From a virus (taxonomy: Duplodnaviria; Caudoviricetes), in the IMG/VR virus record IMGVR_UViG_3300032360_000041, positions 1 to 27,605 of that record: a stretch of 27,605 nt of DNA; one strand, written 5' to 3'. Shown one piece after another: positions 1 through 7,890 of the stretch. A program made the position numbers and the translations under genes. The notes beneath the pieces were generated by a model, which did not search any database, was not told where the DNA came from, and saw only the letters and a program-made list of their open reading frames with translations. Every line of letters begins with the position of its first letter. Position 1 is the stretch's first letter.

Positions 1-138
1 TTGATCTTCTGATACAATAAAAACTACTTCATCCGACTCTGGTAGTAACTCTTCAAAATAAGTATCGTCCAATTCGAATGCTGATCCTAGTCGATCATAT
101 TGTGGACGTGGAACTTTTAAAGTATATGTCTTATTCAT
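1..138 (-). CDS. Hypothetical protein, N-terminal part (runs off the window; not in ORF track)
   Basis: ATG at 138-136 overlaps the stop of ORF 138..437 (TAATG coupling). The frame is open for 46 codons to the edge: MNKTYTLKVPRPQYDRLGSAFELDDTYFEELLPESDEVVFIVSEDQ. Confidence 0.7.
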   Translation of the reverse strand, partial: MNKTYTLKVPRPQYDRLGSAFELDDTYFEELLPESDEVVFIVSEDQ

Positions 139-437
139 TAGTGAAGGTCTCCCAACTCATAAGGATAAGAAGGTTGGTCTCCTACCGGAAAATCTTTCCT
201 TGCTTTCGCCTGACGCGCTTTCGTTTCTCTATCAATCTCCGCGTCACGTTCAGTCTGCAAACAAAGATTATAAAAGTCTAGAGGACTCATCTCTGCGATG
301 AGCTCTACAATGTTCACCCAATGCCAAGAGTGTCCACCCGGACATTCGTAGAACTCTTGTGTTCCTTCAATCCGCATAAAATCGTTATGACAGATATAGG
401 TATATACCATATCGTCTGTTACATTATTTTGGTTCAT
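138..437 (-). CDS. Hypothetical phage protein (99 aa), Cys/His-containing
   Basis: Member of the tightly packed, overlapping minus-strand ORF chain; no recognisable family. Confidence 0.7.
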   Translation of the reverse strand: MNQNNVTDDMVYTYICHNDFMRIEGTQEFYECPGGHSWHWVNIVELIAEMSPLDFYNLCLQTERDAEIDRETKARQAKARKDFPVGDQPSYPYELGDLH

Positions 438-609
438 AATTATACCTCTTTAAAATTTTATCCTGCTGTTCTTGTTCTTCCATCCATAATATATGAGCTG
501 CAATATCATCTGCATGATGTATAGCAATCTCATTTTCAAACCATTCACCTTTATTGTCGATTTGTTTTAAACCGAATGTCTTTGCATATTCTGCTATGGT
601 CATCTCCAA
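424..609 (-). CDS. Hypothetical phage protein (61 aa)
   Basis: Overlaps both neighbours by 10-14 nt; GAGG SD-like sequence upstream. Confidence 0.7.
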   Translation of the reverse strand: MEMTIAEYAKTFGLKQIDNKGEWFENEIAIHHADDIAAHILWMEEQEQQDKILKRYNYEPK

Positions 610-881
610 TCCTCTTTTGTATTATCAAAACAGTCTACTGCATCATCCTCAGAACCACAGTTCCAGATTTCAAAAGGTTTTTCTGGAGCCCAATCCGGAT
701 AGTGTGGTTCTGTTCTTTTGTTCCATTCTATTACTACGGTAATGCCGCACTTATAGAATTTGTTATCGTTCGGATCTACTTTATACATATCGCAATTTGT
801 TACGAGATGGTAAAGTCGCTTCGCGAGGGTAACATCTTTCTCCTCACTAATTTTATTTAAGGTTTCTTTCGATACAATCAT
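600..881 (-). CDS. Hypothetical phage protein (93 aa)
   Basis: ATGA overlap with the upstream ORF at 878-881. Confidence 0.7.
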   Translation of the reverse strand: MIVSKETLNKISEEKDVTLAKRLYHLVTNCDMYKVDPNDNKFYKCGITVVIEWNKRTEPHYPDWAPEKPFEIWNCGSEDDAVDCFDNTKEDWR

Positions 882-1105
882 CTTGCCATCCTTGTTAAAT
901 ATTTTTCAAGCTCTTGACGATGATACCTCATACCATCTTCGTCTTTCCAATATCCAGTATAAGTAATTTTCAAATCGTAATTGGCTCGACCTTCTGCTGT
1001 CTCATGTTGCTGAATCGGTACTAACTTATTACGACGGACATAGGTGGCTACCATTTTATCCATCTGTTCTTTATTAAATCGTTTCCATTTATCTCTTCGT
1101 TTCAT
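878..1105 (-). CDS. Hypothetical basic phage protein (75 aa)
   Basis: Part of the coupled minus-strand chain. Confidence 0.7.
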   Translation of the reverse strand: MKRRDKWKRFNKEQMDKMVATYVRRNKLVPIQQHETAEGRANYDLKITYTGYWKDEDGMRYHRQELEKYLTRMAR

Positions 1106-1183
1106 TTACATCACCATCATTAATATACACAATATGGCTAATAGCATCATTACTAATAGCCCTTCCAAAATTTCTCTTACCAT
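1106..1183 (-). CDS. 25-aa hydrophobic micro-protein (single TM helix); not in ORF track
   Basis: MVREILEGLLVMMLLAILCILMMVM* fills the gap between ORFs 1186..1491 and 878..1105. Its stop abuts the next ATG, and GGAG lies about 10 nt upstream. Confidence 0.65.
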   Translation of the reverse strand: MVREILEGLLVMMLLAILCILMMVM

Positions 1184-1185
1184 TA

Positions 1186-1491
1186 TTATATAACTCCACA
1201 ATCGTTGACATGATCCATCAGCGCTTCAACTGCTTCAGGTTTTGAATCATACAGTTTATGATATCCAACAGAACCACTCTTTACATATTCGTGATTGGGA
1301 TATCGTAGCTGCCATTTATATCTGTTCGTACTCCATAGATGTTGACATACAAATCCAATTGTGAATGTCTCACTATGTTCGTTAATTCCTTTTACTCGAC
1401 AAACACCATCATTACATTTCGGGTTGCTTGACCCATCTGGTCTACAAATGTGTCTATTAACCTTTTCAACTTTATCAATACCTACTATCAT
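1186..1491 (-). CDS. Hypothetical phage protein (101 aa), Cys-rich N-half
   Basis: TAATG coupling at 1491; five Cys residues. Confidence 0.7.
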   Translation of the reverse strand: MIVGIDKVEKVNRHICRPDGSSNPKCNDGVCRVKGINEHSETFTIGFVCQHLWSTNRYKWQLRYPNHEYVKSGSVGYHKLYDSKPEAVEALMDHVNDCGVI

Positions 1492-1826
1492 TATTTGTAC
1501 TCCACTAAATTGTGAATGTCTTCTTCCGGTCCTGCATATTGAAGAACCGGCGCACCCATAACGATGCGATTTCGTAATTCATCCTTCGCCATCTGTACTG
1601 CTTCTTCCATGCTGTCCTGTTCTTGGACTGCCCAAACTACAAATGCTTTCTTTCCGGTAACCACGTTAATGGTTAGTGCTTTACACACTACTTGGAACAT
1701 AATGTCCTTAACGCCTTGGAAACGATTAATCTCCAAATGGGATACCGAATTATTAATATATTTTAAGTTATCAGATAGAGTCGACGCTGACTCTGAATGA
1801 TCAATATTTAATTTTTTTTCTTTCAT
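1491..1826 (-). CDS. Hypothetical phage protein (start probably 1826 or 1700 rather than 1862)
   Basis: GGAG upstream of ATG 1826 (MKEKK); AAGGA upstream of the alternative ATG 1700 (MFQVVC). Confidence 0.55.
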   Translation of the reverse strand: MKEKKLNIDHSESASTLSDNLKYINNSVSHLEINRFQGVKDIMFQVVCKALTINVVTGKKAFVVWAVQEQDSMEEAVQMAKDELRNRIVMGAPVLQYAGPEEDIHNLVEYK

Positions 1827-1846
1827 TATATATATAGCTCCAAAAA

Positions 1847-2077
1847 TTATTGTTGTCCCCATTCTCTCGAATGAGCCATCTTGTTAGTTGATTTTGAATC
1901 TTGTCCGGTCTGTGGTTTCATATATAAGACCGAATCATAAATTGAAGAACAACGAACTTGTGTAGGTGCTTTCCATCCAGATTGTTTTGAAGTCCGACCC
2001 TTTATAATATGTTTGGTTCGGGTCTTTCTTGCTGGAATCTTTTGAATCTCAATCCCTGTGTCTTTGTATGTTGTCAT
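1847..2077 (-). CDS. Hypothetical basic protein, first gene of the minus-strand operon
   Basis: ORF track gives 1847..2098. ATG 2077 (MTTYKD) has AAGGA 6 nt upstream and fits better with the promoter at 2112-2140. Confidence 0.55.
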   Translation of the reverse strand: MTTYKDTGIEIQKIPARKTRTKHIIKGRTSKQSGWKAPTQVRCSSIYDSVLYMKPQTGQDSKSTNKMAHSREWGQQ

Positions 2078-2111
2078 TTGATATCCTTGTTTTCTCATTG
2101 TTAATATATAT

Positions 2112-2140
2112 ATTTTAACCTATTTAAACATATATGTCAA
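2112..2140 (-). promoter_or_regulatory. Sigma70-type early promoter
   Basis: Minus strand reads TTGACA-17 nt-TAAAAT, directly upstream of the minus-strand gene chain. Confidence 0.8.
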
Positions 2141-2153
2141 CAAAAAAGCGCCA

Positions 2154-2258
2154 CTGTAACCCATTGAAAACAAACGATAAGTGAAAATACTTTGTAACCC
2201 CTTATAATACAATGAGTTATAAAATATAGCAAGATCCTTTGTTTACAATGAGTTACAG
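2154..2258. repeat. Nested inverted-repeat (dyad) element with four TRTAACYCMTTR half-sites
   Basis: 2154-2178 CTGTAACCCATTGAAAACAAACGAT matches the reverse complement of 2234-2258, CTGTAACTCATTGTAAACAAAGGAT (22/25). There is a central imperfect palindrome at 2191-2223. TACAATGAGTTA is directly repeated at 2208 and 2244. Confidence 0.85.
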
Positions 2259-2285
2259 GATCCTTAAATTAATTTTTGTTAATGT

Positions 2286-2293
2286 TATAAATA
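2286..2293 (+). promoter_or_regulatory. T4-type late promoter (gp55-dependent)
   Basis: TATAAATA, intergenic, 24 nt before ATG 2318. Confidence 0.75.
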
Positions 2294-2317
2294 TAGGGAA
2301 AAATAGAAGAGGAATCT

Positions 2318-2764
2318 ATGAATTTACAGAAGGCGATAGACCGCTGGAGAGATCAAGAGACTTATAAGAAGCAATCAGGGATTCATTGGTTTGTATGGTT
2401 ATTGGAAAATCCAAAATCACCTATCAGTTTAACGGGGGCGATAGACCTCTATCACCATGACATCATCCATATCCTTTTAAACAGGGGTATGGAAGTTAAA
2501 GACGAAGCGGTGGTGATTGGATTCACTATGGGTAATAGTGAAACGACTAAGCCTTGGGTCAAATGGTTGTTTGAGTTTTGTGTAAGATATCTATATCCAG
2601 AGGGGTATCGTTTTACACCAAATGATCTGGCGGAGTATGAAATGGGATATGCTTATGGCCGTTCACGGGAGAAGAAGAATATACATCTTGCTTGTTTTGA
2701 TATATCACAGGATGTCAAAACTATAAGAAATATATGGGGTATAAATATAGAAGAAGTCTTATAA
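2318..2764 (+). CDS. Coq4-like putative metal-binding protein
   Basis: HDIIH-ILLNRGMEVKD-E matches the Coq4-family HDxxH-x11-E motif; GAGG SD. Confidence 0.6.
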   Translation: MNLQKAIDRWRDQETYKKQSGIHWFVWLLENPKSPISLTGAIDLYHHDIIHILLNRGMEVKDEAVVIGFTMGNSETTKPWVKWLFEFCVRYLYPEGYRFTPNDLAEYEMGYAYGRSREKKNIHLACFDISQDVKTIRNIWGINIEEVL

Positions 2765-2767
2765 ATA
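2740..2767 (+). promoter_or_regulatory. Tandem T4-type late promoters
   Basis: TATAAATA at 2740-2747 and at 2760-2767. Confidence 0.7.
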
Positions 2768-2780
2768 TACAGAGGGATCT

Positions 2781-3293
2781 ATGTTTAAACAGGGAGAGAA
2801 TATGAAAACGTATAAGAGTCTAATTGAAGCAAAGCCCAAGAAATGGTCTGACATTAAGGATAGGAATACGAAGAAAGAAGCATCGCAATTTCTTAAAGCA
2901 CTTGATGTAGGACAGGTACTTGGTTATAGTGTCGAGCACCAAGAGTTTTCCATCTTTGATGATGAGAAGGATTTTAAAAAAGCTCAACAAGGTAGTAAAG
3001 GAAAAGCTATGCAATGGGTAAAGGTTGAAGGTTGGATTCGACATGGTGAAGCAATGAATGAAGCATACAAGCCTAGCTTTAATTTCAAAGCAGCAGTTAA
3101 GATTGGTATGCTGGATAAGACAGATGAGAAACCTATCCTGTCTATGAAGAAAAAAGGCTGGGAGATATATGAGTTTATTCTAACCAGTAAGGGTTTTGAA
3201 TTGACAATGAAAAAAGGATCTGAAGAAAAGAAGTTTGTCGACAAACGACCTGATTATGTTTTACAGGTAGCAGATAAGAAACTTAAAAAATAA
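2781..3293 (+). CDS. Lys-rich putative capsid-internal (IP-like) protein; alternative start 2802
   Basis: MKTYKSLIEA (from 2802) resembles T4 internal-protein capsid targeting sequences (MKTYQEFIAE). Late promoters lie upstream, and both starts have an SD. Confidence 0.55.
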   Translation: MFKQGENMKTYKSLIEAKPKKWSDIKDRNTKKEASQFLKALDVGQVLGYSVEHQEFSIFDDEKDFKKAQQGSKGKAMQWVKVEGWIRHGEAMNEAYKPSFNFKAAVKIGMLDKTDEKPILSMKKKGWEIYEFILTSKGFELTMKKGSEEKKFVDKRPDYVLQVADKKLKK

Positions 3294-3436
3294 TGGCAGT
3301 ATATAAAGCAATAGTTAAACGAGATAAGATTAAGCATGTTACCTCTATTGGTAATCACCCAACCAGAAGCAGACCAAAGAATAAACATAAAAGACGAAGC
3401 TGGAAAAAATATAGAGGACAAGGGAAGAGACGCTAA
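3293..3436 (+). CDS. 47-aa basic protein ending KKYRGQGKRR; not in ORF track
   Basis: MAVYKAIVKRDKIKHVTSIGNHPTRSRPKNKHKRRSWKKYRGQGKRR*, TAATG-coupled at both ends. Resembles the small YRGQG protein I recall upstream of gp25 in marine T4-like phages. Confidence 0.8.
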   Translation: MAVYKAIVKRDKIKHVTSIGNHPTRSRPKNKHKRRSWKKYRGQGKRR

Positions 3437-3849
3437 TGGCAGTATATACAAAACCACTTTCAACTAATACTAGGCGCTGGGCTGATCTTGATTTAGATTT
3501 TATAGCTCATCCTGTTACTAAAGATATAGTATTAAAAAGAGATGTTGAAGCTATCAAGAGGTCTGTAAGAAATCTTGTATTGACTAATCCCCATGAAAGA
3601 CCATTTCATCCAGAAATTGGAAGTGGCATTACAGGTATATTATTTGAACTGGTATCTCCTACTACTGCTGTTGTTTTACAATCTGAGATAAGACAAGTAC
3701 TTACTAACTTTGAACCAAGAGTTAAATTAATAGATATAAGAGTATTGGGTGACATAGATAAAAATGGTTATTATGTAACAATAAAATTTCAACCGATCAG
3801 TACGCCTAGTCCCGTAACGATTGAATTATTTTTAGAGAGGTTAAGATAG
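3436..3849 (+). CDS. gp25: Baseplate wedge subunit / sheath initiator gp25
   Basis: DLDLDF...AIKRSVRNLVLTNPHERPFHPEIGSGI...FEPRV signature; directly upstream of gp6. Confidence 0.93.
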   Translation: MAVYTKPLSTNTRRWADLDLDFIAHPVTKDIVLKRDVEAIKRSVRNLVLTNPHERPFHPEIGSGITGILFELVSPTTAVVLQSEIRQVLTNFEPRVKLIDIRVLGDIDKNGYYVTIKFQPISTPSPVTIELFLERLR

Positions 3850-3850
3850 G

Positions 3851-5761
3851 ATGGCAACTTCAAATAAGATTAAAGTAACTGACTTAGAATTTGATGAGAT
3901 CAAATCTAATTTAAAAGCTTATCTATCAGCACAGGATGAATTTCAAGATTATGATTTTGAAGGTTCTGGTATGAGTGTGTTGATTGATATGTTAGCTTAC
4001 AATACACACTATACTGGATACTATGCCAACATGCTTGGTAATGAAATGTTTATGGATAGTTCCTCTTTAAGGGATTCAGTTGTATCACATGCAAAGCATT
4101 TAGGTGTAACCCCAACATCAGTTAAGACACCTACGGCAGAACTTAATTTTACATTTACACCATCAGGAGCACCAACGTCACTTACGATTGCAAAGGATAC
4201 AAAATTTACTACTAGCATTGATGGAACAAGTTATACGTTTGTAACTAATATAACTACAAATGTTCCACGGGCGGGTGATGGTTCTTATGTGGCAACGGGT
4301 GTTGAGATTAAAGAAGGAAAGATATTAAATAAATCATATACAGTTGATTCAGAGGATACTGCTCAACGGTTTATTATTCCAAATGTAAATGTAGATGCTT
4401 CTACTATTAGTGTAGTCGTTCAGAATTCTGATTCTGATACAGATACTAATATCTATACGGACGGCAATGCAATTGATGTTACAACTATCAAGGGAACGGA
4501 TAAGGTTTTCTTTCTACAAGAAATAGAAGGAAGAAAATATGAAATCACATTTGGTGATGGTGCTGTAGGTAAACAACTATCGGATGGCAATATTATCTTT
4601 ATTGAATATATTGTTACTGGTGGGACACTTGCAAACAAGGCAAGTGTATTTACTGCTGTTGGTTCGGTAGCCACATTAACATCTGCGGATTATATTTTAA
4701 CCACAAATACTGAGGCGACAGGTGGTGCTGATATTCAAACAACTACCTCTTTAAAATTCCAAGCTCCAAAATTATATCAAGCACAAAATAGGGCAACTAC
4801 GAGGGATGATTATAAAGCTATTCTTTTAGAGCAGCGTCCAGACATTGAATCTATTACGGCATATGGTGGTGAGGATGCAGATCCGGTTCAATATGGAAAA
4901 GTTTTTATTGCAGTAAAGCCTTCGGGGAATAATGTCTTTACTAATGTTGCAAAGACAGCAATTGAAAAAAGTATACTTAAACAATCAAATGTTGTTACGG
5001 TCATACCTGTAATCATTGATCCGATATTTATTTATTTACTATTAGATACTACTGTGAACTATGATCCTGTTACAAATCTAACTGATGAAAATACATTGAA
5101 GACTAATATCAATACTTCTATACAGAATTATCATCAAACGAATTTAGAAAAATTTGATCAGAAGTTTAGATATTCTATGCTGACACAGGATATTGATAAT
5201 ACAAATGATAGCATAAGAAATAATAGAACAACTATGAGGTATCAGCAAAGGATTGCTATTGAAACATTAGATACACCAATTACATATACTTTGAATTTTA
5301 ATAATGCCTTGCAGCATGGGAATCTTATTAGTAGTTCTTTTATTGCTACTGATGGATATACATATACTTTGGTTGATGATACTATTGGAAATATTAAAGC
5401 AGTTAAATTAAATAGTGGTGGGGTTTGGGCAGGACCCGTACATATTAGAGAAGCTAGTGTTTTACATACTGGCGAATATCATTATGCTGTAGATGTACAT
5501 GACACTGATAGTCAGTTGTTAGATTTATTTATTTTACCGGACGGTTCAACTGATTATGGAACTATTGATTATGCTACAGGAAAGGTTATATTGAATAGTT
5601 TCCGACCAGTCACTATTACAGATGGTAATGATTATATTAAAATAACTGTAACACCAACATATAACAATAGTGACATTACTCCTTTAAGAGAACAGATATT
5701 AACTTATGATGTTAATGACACAGAAGCAATTGTTATTAATATGGTAGCAGAGACAATCTAA
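3851..5761 (+). CDS. gp6: Baseplate wedge subunit gp6
   Basis: LEFDEIKSNLKAYL...DYDFEGSGMSVLIDMLAYNTHY, ITFGDG, QNRATTRDDY, GGEDADPVQYGKVFI and GTIDYATGKV motifs. Confidence 0.95.
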   Translation: MATSNKIKVTDLEFDEIKSNLKAYLSAQDEFQDYDFEGSGMSVLIDMLAYNTHYTGYYANMLGNEMFMDSSSLRDSVVSHAKHLGVTPTSVKTPTAELNFTFTPSGAPTSLTIAKDTKFTTSIDGTSYTFVTNITTNVPRAGDGSYVATGVEIKEGKILNKSYTVDSEDTAQRFIIPNVNVDASTISVVVQNSDSDTDTNIYTDGNAIDVTTIKGTDKVFFLQEIEGRKYEITFGDGAVGKQLSDGNIIFIEYIVTGGTLANKASVFTAVGSVATLTSADYILTTNTEATGGADIQTTTSLKFQAPKLYQAQNRATTRDDYKAILLEQRPDIESITAYGGEDADPVQYGKVFIAVKPSGNNVFTNVAKTAIEKSILKQSNVVTVIPVIIDPIFIYLLLDTTVNYDPVTNLTDENTLKTNINTSIQNYHQTNLEKFDQKFRYSMLTQDIDNTNDSIRNNRTTMRYQQRIAIETLDTPITYTLNFNNALQHGNLISSSFIATDGYTYTLVDDTIGNIKAVKLNSGGVWAGPVHIREASVLHTGEYHYAVDVHDTDSQLLDLFILPDGSTDYGTIDYATGKVILNSFRPVTITDGNDYIKITVTPTYNNSDITPLREQILTYDVNDTEAIVINMVAETI

Positions 5762-5762
5762 T

Positions 5763-7847
5763 ATGGCCTTAGTATCTCCCAATCAACCAATCCATCCTAA
5801 ACTGGATGAAAGAATAAGTGTAAAGGTAGAAGGTCAACTACCTAATTTTGTAAAGCAATCCCACGGCACCTTCATTGCTTTCCTTGAAGCATATTATGAA
5901 TACATGGAGGAGCAAGGAAAGCCTTATGAGATTGTTGGCAATCTTACTAAGTATAGTAATCTAGATAAAACAACTGATGAGTTTCTAAATTATTTTAAGA
6001 AGCAATTTGGCAAAGACCTTCCTGAAGCTATTTTTGCTAATGCCAATAAGCCATTCGTATTAAAACATCTTAGAGATTTTTATAGAGCTAAGGGTAGTGA
6101 GAAAGCATTTCAATTTCTTTTTAGATTACTCTATAAAGAGGAAATAAATTTTTATTATCCTAATAAAGATATGCTTCGCGTATCGGATGGCAAGTATACT
6201 AAGAATAAAATTATTCGTGTAGTTGATACAAGTGGGTCTGATGCAGTTTTTGATTTGTTAGGTAAAAAAATTACTGGTGTTACTTCTGGTGCTACGGCAC
6301 TTGCTGAGACAATAGTAAAAGAACATATTGGTGCATTCATGGTATCCACTATTTTTCTTTCTAATGTTAATGCTACCTTTCAACCATTTGAAACAATCAC
6401 TGATGGAACATTAACATTTGTATTAGGTGGAATGGTTACTGATACTACTATTACCTCTAGAGGTAATAATTATATGAAAGGTACAGTTATTCCTATGAGT
6501 GGTGGTGGTACGTCTGGCGCTGGTGCTTTTATTTCTATTGATGATTTAACTACTGGTTATATTAAATCTGTTACAATTAATAATGGTGGTAGCGGATATG
6601 TTGTTGGTGATAAAATAAATATTGATAATACAGACGCGTTGGATATTGATGCAAGAACTGTTAGTCTATTAGTAAGAGAAGTTGATGGCTCAGGAGGAGT
6701 TACATCCATTACAATAGAAAGTCCCGGTCGCGGTTACATAGCTATGCCAACAGTGTCTGGTGGTGGTAGTGGATCTAATTTATCTATAACATTAGTCGGT
6801 GAAAATATTGGTGGTGTTAAAGCATTAAAGATTGTTAATAATGGTTATGGTTATACATCTAATCCAACATTAGATTTTTCTGGGTATGGTGATGGCACTG
6901 CATCTGCAACTGCAGATGTTTCTAGTTATGAAAACGAACACAATAAATCTTTTATTGGTGATGATGGATTTCTTTCCTCTACAAAATATATTCAAGATAG
7001 TTATTACTATCAATTATTTTCTTATGTGATTACAGCCAGTCATCCTATTTCATTATGGAAAGATGTTGTAAAGAGAACAGCACATCCAGCTGGTCTTGCT
7101 ATGTTTGGCAATATGCAGTTCCTTACAAATATTGCTACGACATTAAGCATTACGGGTATACCTGAAAGACGACACTATACTATTATTTTTCATATGGGGA
7201 CAATCACACCTCCTGTTGTAATTGATCTGAAAGTAGATTCTTGTGAGGGTGAAAGAGTACTTATATTCTTAGATGATTTAGATTATCGTTCGATAACGGA
7301 ATTAGAAACAATAGATCCAGATGGACATGGTCCCCCTGAAGATTGGGGCTTATTAGGAGAGACTGTATCTGAACAAGAGGATTATGGATTAACAATACAA
7401 AGTTCTTTTTATGTTGCTCCTACTAAATGTTTCACACTTGAATTAGATTTAGCAGTACAATATCTATTGACCTTAGGTGATTATGAAGATTGGCTTTTAG
7501 TTAAAGATGAGGTTACCTCAAGTGAGAATTATGGTGAGATCACAGAGAATGATGACTATCAGGATGACTATGGTGAGCTTACTGGATCAACAGAAAATAC
7601 AACGCAATTAAGATTGGGTCCATTAAAGAGGGGACTGGAAAACTCAAAGTTTAAGAAGCAAGGTGGCTTTAGTCAGGTGATTGGTGTAGGCCTACAATCA
7701 GGTACGGGCATTGGTTGTTTTGCTAAGGATAGGATAGTTGATTATACATGGTTTCGTGGTTTGAAATCAAGGAATCTTACTAATGCTACAATCACACAAT
7801 ATTTGATTGGTAATGAAAATTCAGAATTACCACCACCAGACGTATAA
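5763..7847 (+). CDS. gp7: Baseplate wedge initiator gp7-like
   Basis: QLPNFV...FLEAYYEY, FYRAKGSEKAFQFLFRLLY, IQDSYYYQLFSYVI and HPAG motifs; located between gp6 and gp8. Confidence 0.85.
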   Translation: MALVSPNQPIHPKLDERISVKVEGQLPNFVKQSHGTFIAFLEAYYEYMEEQGKPYEIVGNLTKYSNLDKTTDEFLNYFKKQFGKDLPEAIFANANKPFVLKHLRDFYRAKGSEKAFQFLFRLLYKEEINFYYPNKDMLRVSDGKYTKNKIIRVVDTSGSDAVFDLLGKKITGVTSGATALAETIVKEHIGAFMVSTIFLSNVNATFQPFETITDGTLTFVLGGMVTDTTITSRGNNYMKGTVIPMSGGGTSGAGAFISIDDLTTGYIKSVTINNGGSGYVVGDKINIDNTDALDIDARTVSLLVREVDGSGGVTSITIESPGRGYIAMPTVSGGGSGSNLSITLVGENIGGVKALKIVNNGYGYTSNPTLDFSGYGDGTASATADVSSYENEHNKSFIGDDGFLSSTKYIQDSYYYQLFSYVITASHPISLWKDVVKRTAHPAGLAMFGNMQFLTNIATTLSITGIPERRHYTIIFHMGTITPPVVIDLKVDSCEGERVLIFLDDLDYRSITELETIDPDGHGPPEDWGLLGETVSEQEDYGLTIQSSFYVAPTKCFTLELDLAVQYLLTLGDYEDWLLVKDEVTSSENYGEITENDDYQDDYGELTGSTENTTQLRLGPLKRGLENSKFKKQGGFSQVIGVGLQSGTGIGCFAKDRIVDYTWFRGLKSRNLTNATITQYLIGNENSELPPPDV
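7281..7585 (+). repeat. Acidic D/N-[YW]-G-x-[LI] peptide repeats in the gp7 C-terminus
   Basis: LDYRSI, EDWGLL, EDYGLT, EDWLLV, ENYGEI, DDYGEL. Confidence 0.65.
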
Positions 7848-7882
7848 GTCGTAAAATATATATTGACATGTTAAAAAAGTAT

Positions 7883-7890
7883 TATAAATA
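7883..7890 (+). promoter_or_regulatory. T4-type late promoter
   Basis: TATAAATA in the gp7-gp8 intergenic gap, followed by a GGAGG SD. Confidence 0.8.

Noticed and set aside
78-1800. Plus-strand ORFs over the early region
   Set aside because: They overlap the coupled minus-strand chain, which has the promoter and SD support.
2154-2258. CRISPR mini-array or tRNA
   Set aside because: The units are degenerate and in opposing orientations with no unique spacers of constant length, and there is no cloverleaf or T-loop motif.
3254-3463. 69-aa hydrophobic minus-strand ORF
   Set aside because: Antisense to the better-supported, doubly coupled 47-aa plus-strand gene.
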